Source of the DNA: Methanobacterium sp.
Lineage (GTDB): Archaea > Methanobacteriota > Methanobacteria > Methanobacteriales > Methanobacteriaceae
NCBI GenBank assembly: GCA_003166335.1
Contig: PMWA01000014.1
Span: forward strand, 5,729-22,781
Length of the DNA stretch: 17,053 nt
Direction of reading: 5' to 3'
Part shown: in pieces, positions 10,634 to 17,053 of the stretch
Layout of the letters: each line of letters opens with the position of its first letter
How positions within the stretch are numbered: the first letter of the stretch is position 1
Made by a program: the position numbers and the translations under genes
Notes under the pieces: model-generated
Seen by the model: only the letters and a program-made list of their open reading frames with translations
Database searches by the model: none
What the model was told of the DNA's origin: nothing

Positions 10634-11812
10634 ATGAAATTTACTTTTGCTGATAGAATGAAAAATATACCCCGTTCCTTTGTAAGGAAATTCTAAAAGT
10701 TACGGAGGATCCGGATATAATATCTTTTGCTGGAGGCCTTCCCCATCCCCTATCATTTCCTGTGGATGAAATAGCAGCCGCATCATCCAAAGTTTTAAAA
10801 AAAGAAGGAGATAAAGTTCTTCAATACAGTACTACAGAAGGATATAGGCCTCTTAGAGAATACATAGCCAAAAATTATTCTCGAAAGGGTTTGAAAGTGC
10901 AAGCTGAGGAAATACTTATAACTAATGGATCCCAGCAATGTCTTGATCTTATTGGTAAAATATTTGTAAACAAAAGTGATGGAGTGCTTTTAGAACAGCC
11001 CACTTATTTAGCTGCCATTCAAGCATTTAGTTTGTTTGAACCGCAATTCAAATCAGTTCCACTACTGAAAGATGGAGTGGACACAGAATACCTTCAAAAA
11101 ACTCTTCTTAAAGATGATATAAAGTTATTCTACGCGGTTACTAATTTTCAAAATCCCACAGGCATAACTTATTCTAAAAATAAGAGGAAGGAGATGGCAG
11201 AAATTCTTGAAAGTCATAACACAGTATTAGTAGAGGATAACCCTTACGGGGATATAAGGTTTATGGGGGAAGATTTGGCTCCTGTTAAATCTTATATTCC
11301 TGAATCAGTACTTTTCGGTTCATTTTCAAAGATTATCTCACCGGGAATGAGATTAGGATGGATAGTAGCGCCGGAAGAAATGATGGATAAGTTAATCATT
11401 GTCAAACAGGCTTCAGACCTTCATTCTAATTATTTCGCTCAAAGAGTGGTTTATCAGTATCTTCAGGATAATGATGTGGAGAATCATATTCAGAAGATAA
11501 GAAAACTCTATAAAGATGCAAAGGGATCTGATGGTGGATGCTATAGAAAGTCAATTCCCTCCGGAAGTGGAATACACTAAGCCTGAGGGAGGAATGTTTC
11601 TATGGGTTACTCTCCCTAATGATATATCATCTTTGGAGCTTTTTGAATTAGCTTTGGGTGAGAAAGTGGCTTTTGTACCGGGGGAAGCCTTTTATGTTAA
11701 CAATCCGCAGTCAAATACTTTAAGACTCAATTTCTCAAATTCAAACCATGAAAAGATTACAGAAGGCATAAAGAGATTAGGAATTGCAATTGAAAAATTA
11801 ATGAATCATTAA
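10634..11812 (+). pseudogene. PLP-dependent aminotransferase (ARO8/LysN-like, 2-aminoadipate/aromatic type) with two 1-nt indels that are likely sequencing errors
   Basis: ATG 10634 after a GGAGA RBS gives MKFTFADRMKNIPRSFVR. Adding a G at 10686-10687 continues EILKVTEDPDIISFAGGLP. The core has LQYS.TEG, NFQNPTG, EDNPY and GSFSKIISPGMRLGW. Removing one A at 11512-11514 continues YKMQRDLM...PEGGMFLW...RLNFS. The reconstructed protein is 392 aa. Confidence 0.85.
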
Positions 11813-11857
11813 AACAAATATAAATATAATTTAGAAAGAAATGGTTGGTGAAATTAT

Positions 11858-12517
11858 ATGGAAAAAATTGATAAGGATAAACGTAACCAGATATTTGATG
11901 AAATTGTAAGTTCAAGACATTCTATACGAGCTTTTAAAGAAGAAAAGCCTCCAAAAGAATTGATAGAAGGAATAATAGAAGCGGGGATGTTGGCACCTTA
12001 TGCTGCAGCTGCAGTTGGTGATAAACAAGATTTCAGGCGTTTCTTTGTCTTTGAAAAAGACACTAATAGTATAAAAACTTTAGCTACGCGAATGAAGAAT
12101 AAAGCTGCAGAGGGAATCCAACATTTTGAAAATTTAATAGTAGAAAAGCCATTTATGAAATCTAAGTTTCAACCTTTCTTAAAACGGCTTAATATGGTCG
12201 TAGATAAAGGAGTTCCTGGAGTGAATACTGCTCCTTACTTTATTATAGTTGCTGAACTTAGAGGCATTCCACCAGCTGAACAGGAATCATTAGCTCATGT
12301 ATTGGAGAATATGTGGCTTAAAGCAACTGCATTGGATTTAGGGTTTCAGTTAATATCTTTAACTAGTCAGATGGCGGAAGATGATGAATTAATGAAACTT
12401 TTAGGGCTTCCTGTAAATAAATTTGCTCTAAATGGTTGTGCCATAGGATACCCTGCAATTACACCTTCTGCTACCCCACGCCCGGATACTCTGAAGGCCA
12501 CTCGATGGATGGAATAA
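11858..12517 (+). CDS. Nitroreductase family (FMN-binding) protein
   Basis: SRHSIRAF (RxSxR FMN motif), AGMLAP, ENMWLKATALDLG, AIGYP, PR at the C-terminus; GGTGA RBS upstream. Confidence 0.88.
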   Translation: MEKIDKDKRNQIFDEIVSSRHSIRAFKEEKPPKELIEGIIEAGMLAPYAAAAVGDKQDFRRFFVFEKDTNSIKTLATRMKNKAAEGIQHFENLIVEKPFMKSKFQPFLKRLNMVVDKGVPGVNTAPYFIIVAELRGIPPAEQESLAHVLENMWLKATALDLGFQLISLTSQMAEDDELMKLLGLPVNKFALNGCAIGYPAITPSATPRPDTLKATRWME

Positions 12518-12545
12518 AAAAAAATTTCATTATGGGCTTAAAAAA

Positions 12546-13469
12546 ATGTCTTATTCAACCCATATAAAATTAAAGCCAGTGGCTCCTTACAATTTTGAAT
12601 TAAATGCTAGGATATTCACGGGTGGAGATCCCCAGATCAGTGGGTATGAGAACGGTAAGTTTTGGCAGGTTATAAATGTAAACAATGTATTAATTCTTGT
12701 TATTGTGAAATCAACAGGAACGGTTGATGAACCAGAGTTATCAATTACATTGAAGTCTGATAAAAAAATTACTGATGAGGACCTAAAATCAGCAGAAAAT
12801 ATCATTATTTCCATGTTTAATTTGAATTTTGACCTTAAAGAATTTTATGAATACATGGAAAACGATGCAGTGATGTCAAAGTTAATTCAAAAACTTAGAG
12901 GACTGAATAGCCGTACAACTCCAACTGTTTTTGAATCTCTTGTTTCCTCAATAATTGAACAACAAATTTCACTTAGAGCTTCCCAGAGCATAGAGAGACA
13001 TATGATTAAAGATTATGGAGATGAACTCCCTATAAATGATGAGGTTTATTATGCTTTCCCAACTCCACAAAGATTATCAAAACTAATTAAAGAGAAATTA
13101 CGTGAATCTGGACTGAGTTTAAGAAAATCAGAGTATATTATAGATATATCAAAGCTTATTGTAGATGGAAAATTAGATTTAGATCATTTGAAGGAATATA
13201 AAGATATAAATAAAATTATAGACGAATTAAGTCAGTTAAGAGGTGTTGGTGAATGGACAGCCCATCTTACGGCATTAAGGAGCATGCACCGTCACAGAGC
13301 ATTTCCTGCTGATGATTTAGGCTTAAGAAGATCTATATCCCACTTCTACTGCAATGATAAAAAAATTACTGCAGATGATGCACGGAAAATTGCAGTTAAA
13401 TGGGGTAAATGGAGAGGTCTTGCAGGTTTTTATTTGATTGCAGGAGAAATGAGAGACATCAAGATATAA
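12546..13469 (+). CDS. alkA: DNA-3-methyladenine glycosylase II (AlkA-like, HhH-GPD superfamily)
   Basis: FESLVSSIIEQQIS, AFPTP, GL..RKSEYI, HhH LRGVGEWTA, catalytic FPADDLG, W..WRG.A; AlkA-type N-terminal domain. Confidence 0.85.
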   Translation: MSYSTHIKLKPVAPYNFELNARIFTGGDPQISGYENGKFWQVINVNNVLILVIVKSTGTVDEPELSITLKSDKKITDEDLKSAENIIISMFNLNFDLKEFYEYMENDAVMSKLIQKLRGLNSRTTPTVFESLVSSIIEQQISLRASQSIERHMIKDYGDELPINDEVYYAFPTPQRLSKLIKEKLRESGLSLRKSEYIIDISKLIVDGKLDLDHLKEYKDINKIIDELSQLRGVGEWTAHLTALRSMHRHRAFPADDLGLRRSISHFYCNDKKITADDARKIAVKWGKWRGLAGFYLIAGEMRDIKI

Positions 13470-13511
13470 AAAAAATGATATTTCAATAAGAAATGGTTAT
13501 TTTTTTTAATT

Positions 13512-13541
13512 TGGAAGGGTTTAACTCCCTCCATTTTTTTT
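13512..13541 (+). terminator. Hairpin plus T8 terminator downstream of alkA
   Basis: TGG-A-AGGG [TTTAACT] CCCT-CCA followed by TTTTTTTT, with a further T-run at about 13500-13507; lies between convergent genes. Confidence 0.6.
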
Positions 13542-13563
13542 ATTGATCAATTGATAAGTTCTT

Positions 13564-15153
13564 TCATTGAACTTGGCAGACTATAAAATCCTTATTTTCA
13601 TATACTACTTTTATGTAGTTGGGAAGTATCTCATTAATATTAGAGTGGATGTCTTCACTGTAATAATATATGTTATAAAATTCAGCATCATAACTCAATT
13701 TATAAAGTGTTCCATTAGTAGAATTGAGAGATAATCTTTTATCTAATACAATGTAATAAACTCCATTTTGTTTAAGGGTTGATTCAGGAGTATTATTACT
13801 GAAATTATCGAAACTGACATCACTAGTAAGAGACATCCCTGTTTGAGTAGTCACAAAAGAGAGTGGAAATAAATCATTAGACATTATAGATTTACTCTTA
13901 TCACCATATTCATTGAACCACCTTGCCAGATCTATCTCTGAAGAAGATGGTGGTGCAATTTGAAATGTTCCGTATTGATTTGATATATTAAAAGAAAAAT
14001 TATTTGGATCATTAACAATTATAATTCCACTTATTGTAGCTAATGTAAATATTATTATTAAAAACGCGGTTCTATAGTTTGGGGATGAGAATTTTTTATA
14101 ATCCTTGAGTTTATAGTAGACCCAACTTACACCAAATCCTCCTAGAATGGAAAGGGGTATTAATATGTAAACAAGCAAACGATAGGATATAACGTTTACA
14201 CCAAACACATAGGCATAGCTCACTAAAATCATGAGGATTGCCCAGCTAAGTATGAATACATCTTTTTTCCGTCTTTTTTTAATTGCAATAATTGTTCCTG
14301 TTAAGGCGAATATTAAAACCAGATAACTTAGGTTCCATAGATAACTTAATATTCCTAGTGGCTGATTAGTGGTAAGAGAAGTACCATAACCGGTGCCTGC
14401 TTTAATCTCTTCATTTATAATACTGTGAATAAAGTTTGGTGATACTATAAGTAATGCTACAACTCCTATTACAAATATTGTTATTAGACATAAGAAAAAG
14501 GCACAATAATTTTTTAAAACACTGGTATTTCGGTAAAAAAATAATTCAATAAGTGTAAAAAGGGTTATTATTAAAAATAAAATTAAGGTAGCCGCTTGAT
14601 GGATTAAAGCAACAATTATAAATATTGATCCCGCTAAAATAGCGTATTTAAACGATTTTATTTTTATAGAATAATAATAGAAATAAACGGATAAAGGAAG
14701 AAATATTAACGCTAAGTTTTCTGGTAAGGGATAAATCAAACGATTTCCTAATAGGAAACTGGATATAATTAAAAATCCAGCAGCTATTCCTGCAATGGTC
14801 CCATAAAACTTGCGGGTTACATAAGAAACAGATAGTACTATGAACATTACTATGAATGGTTGTAGAAATCTGGCGATTTGGAAGTAATTTACTTTACTTA
14901 TGGCTCCTAAAGCAACTATTAGAAAATGGAAAAGGGGAGGGTAACCTATTTCCTGTCCAAAAGGCGCATTTAAGAGGGGATCTTTTAATACAAATCCATA
15001 TTTTGCATAAACTTGGGCATATTGTACATGATAAATTATATCCCAGCTTAGAGGCCACTGATACTTTAGAGTAGGAATTAATGCTAAAAAAAAGACTATT
15101 ATGGCAGGTATGATCCAAATCAGACTCTTAAAAAGATTTTTGTTAATATTCAT
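13564..15153 (-). CDS. Multi-pass membrane protein, GT-C-fold glycosyltransferase-like (STT3/PMT-related architecture)
   Basis: About 11-13 TM segments; first loop PLSWDIIYH and GYPPLFH; C-terminal soluble domain (W.NE..D..KSIMS, LK..GV.YIV.D, VYEN). Confidence 0.65.
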   Translation of the reverse strand: MNINKNLFKSLIWIIPAIIVFFLALIPTLKYQWPLSWDIIYHVQYAQVYAKYGFVLKDPLLNAPFGQEIGYPPLFHFLIVALGAISKVNYFQIARFLQPFIVMFIVLSVSYVTRKFYGTIAGIAAGFLIISSFLLGNRLIYPLPENLALIFLPLSVYFYYYSIKIKSFKYAILAGSIFIIVALIHQAATLILFLIITLFTLIELFFYRNTSVLKNYCAFFLCLITIFVIGVVALLIVSPNFIHSIINEEIKAGTGYGTSLTTNQPLGILSYLWNLSYLVLIFALTGTIIAIKKRRKKDVFILSWAILMILVSYAYVFGVNVISYRLLVYILIPLSILGGFGVSWVYYKLKDYKKFSSPNYRTAFLIIIFTLATISGIIIVNDPNNFSFNISNQYGTFQIAPPSSSEIDLARWFNEYGDKSKSIMSNDLFPLSFVTTQTGMSLTSDVSFDNFSNNTPESTLKQNGVYYIVLDKRLSLNSTNGTLYKLSYDAEFYNIYYYSEDIHSNINEILPNYIKVVYENKDFIVCQVQ

Positions 15154-15407
15154 TTTATATCACAATTAAATAAATAATATTTGAGATTTTAGAATAATTA
15201 GATTATATCAGTGTAAGTTAAAAAATTTCATGTTTTTATTGATAATTTTATAACCCAAATTAGAACATTTAAAGAAAAAATAGCACTATATTTTAATATG
15301 AAGGAACATCCAATTTAGTCTTTTTACTGGTTTTTTCTTGAAAAACCAATACATTTACATCAAAAATTTATTTTAATTAAAATTTCATACATTAAGGATC
15401 ATTCCAG

Positions 15408-16314
15408 TCACTTGCAATTAGTCCTTAAATAATAGGACCAGTAACCCGTAAATTCTCCATAACTATTTGCAATCTTATTTAAACTTTCTTCGTTAGTATC
15501 CTGACCATAAAGTCTTCGGGCATAATTCATGAGCATTTTATCATGATGTGTGGAAAGTTCTTCCATTCTCCCAAGAGCTCTTACAAGTTCTAAGTGGGCT
15601 GAATATTCTCCAATTCCTTTTATATTTAAAAGCCAATCTTTTACTTCTTCTATAGGAGCTTTTGTTAGGAAATTTTCATTAACATCGTCAAAAGCAGTAG
15701 CAACCGCCATTAAATATTCTGATTTCCTTTTATTTTTTATGATAGATTGTAGTTTTTCTACGCCCAAATTTGTTACTTGATGTGCATTGGGGAAAGTCCA
15801 ATAATCAACTTCATCAACTTGAATATTATCACCAACAGCTTTAGTAAGCCTATCTTTCATTAAGTGGGCTACTTTCATTGATATCCTCTGGCTTAACACT
15901 GCCCAGGCCGCTCCCTCAAAAGGAGTTAAAAATTTAACCTGATGTAGGCCATAGAGATCTTCCAAAACAGGGTTGAACTTAATATCTTCCCTTCCCAGAG
16001 CATAAAATGGTTTTAAATCATCTTCCAAGCTTAGATAAAATTTTATTCTTTCTAAAAGATCAAATTTTTATTTCATCTCTAATTTCATCATATGCATATA
16101 AATTGTAAGATAATACAGGTTTTTCAACTGTTCCAATATCCTTAACTTTAAAAGCCATGGTCATTTTTTTCAGATAAACTGCCTTAGTTAATGAAGCGCC
16201 TGAAATGGTCTGTTCATCACTTGTTGGTGAAAACATACCTGCAAAACTTAAAGATTTAGAAAAATCAAAAGGAGGCGTAGGAAACAGTTTTCCACTAATT
16301 TTATAAATTGTCAT
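15408..16314 (-). pseudogene. Second AlkA-like HhH-GPD DNA glycosylase, split by a 1-nt insertion that is likely a sequencing error
   Basis: ATG at 16314 (MTIYKISGKLFPTPPFDFS). Removing one base from AAAAATTT (16062-16069) joins ...DEIKFDLLERIKFYLSLEDDLKPFY..., giving 301 aa. Motifs TPFEGAAWAVLSQRIS, WTFP, RKSEYL and HhH IKGIGEYSA. Confidence 0.82.
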
Positions 16315-16333
16315 AATTTTTCCATTGTGGATT

Positions 16334-16341
16334 TTTATAAA
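16334..16341 (-). promoter_or_regulatory. TATA box candidate (TTTATAAA) for the second alkA-like gene
   Basis: TTTATAAA lies 20-27 nt upstream of ATG 16314, which would fit a leaderless or short-leader transcript. Confidence 0.4.
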
Positions 16342-16364
16342 CAAATTATATGTTTTTTTGAGAA

Positions 16365-16449
16365 CGCCGGGGACGGGATTCGAACCCGCGAGATCCAAAG
16401 GATCATTGGCTTAGCAGGCCAACGCCGTACCAGACTGGGCCACCCCGGC
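16365..16449 (-). tRNA. tRNA-Ser(GCT), intronless, CCA not encoded
   Basis: Acceptor stem GCCGGGG/CCCCGGC with discriminator G; D-arm GCC..TGGTA..GGC; anticodon arm TTGGC CT-GCT-AA GCCAA (anticodon 16413-16415); long variable arm GATCC-TTT-GGATC; T-arm GCGGG TTCGAAT CCCGT; 85 nt. Confidence 0.97.
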
Positions 16450-16654
16450 ATAAGTAAATGTTTGGTTAAATAAATTATGAATTCAAAATTTAAAGTGTTG
16501 ATCAAAACTTCTGTACATCTTGAGATAAAAGCCTTTTGCATTTAAATTTATGGATCAAAGATATTCTAAGATTTTTTTTCATTTATTAGTTAATTTTTCC
16601 AACTGTTTTTTGGAATATAGATGTGAAATTTTTAGATAATATATTATGAAAATA

Positions 16655-16965
<311 letters not shown>

Positions 16966-16985
16966 TTATTAGTTTAGACTTTTTA

Positions 16986-17001
16986 CTATTTTAAGCTTAC
17001 G
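16986..17001 (-). promoter_or_regulatory. BRE/TATA promoter of the SRP RNA
   Basis: The minus strand reads CGTAAG-CTTAAAATA, with the TATA element about 22-30 nt upstream of the predicted RNA 5' end. Confidence 0.6.
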
Positions 17002-17053
17002 ATCATTTATTCCACCATTAAAAATTTAATAATATTTTTTCATAAAAGTAAAA

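Noticed and set aside
15328..15383. TGGTTTTT/AAAAACCA hairpin (15328-15348) and ATTTTAATTAAAAT palindrome (15370-15383)
   Set aside because: Low-complexity AT-rich DNA where such symmetry is expected by chance; the hairpin lacks a downstream T-tract on the coding strand.
10540..16390. Integrated element at the tRNA-Ser 3' end
   Set aside because: By eye I found no duplicated tRNA 3' end (att site), no integrase or transposase, and no obvious compositional shift.
16335..16541. 68 aa ORF, and the 28 aa N-terminal extension of ORF 16060..16398
   Set aside because: Both run through the tRNA-Ser gene; AlkA similarity begins at ATG 16314.

Overview
AT-rich archaeal chromosomal segment, most likely from a Methanobacteriales (Methanobacterium-like) methanogen, judged from the archaeal SRP RNA, archaeal-type CoaD, and GGTG/GGAG ribosome-binding sites with TATA boxes. 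Gene order: a 5'-truncated membrane protein, a GT2 + GT-B fused glycosyltransferase, DUF763, a GT4 glycosyltransferase (-), a YjjX-type ITP/XTPase (-, frameshifted), coaD (-), a B12-binding/radical SAM protein, an APC amino acid permease (-), a class I aminotransferase, a second ARO8/LysN-like aminotransferase (two frameshifts), a nitroreductase, an AlkA-like glycosylase, a GT-C-like membrane protein (-), a second AlkA-like gene (-, frameshifted), tRNA-Ser(GCT) (-) and SRP (7S) RNA (-). I saw no mobile element, CRISPR array or att site. Four single-base indels all sit in short homopolymers and are probably sequencing errors. Best leads: (1) the 7S RNA-tRNA-Ser pair is followed by a ~5.7 kb protein-gene block rather than the rRNA operon described in relatives; (2) the two-domain inverting glycosyltransferase is a candidate gentiobiosyl-archaeol synthase; (3) SRP helix 8 has a non-canonical base; (4) there are two divergent AlkA paralogs. 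Family calls come from motif recognition, not database searches, and no clearly novel system is proven.
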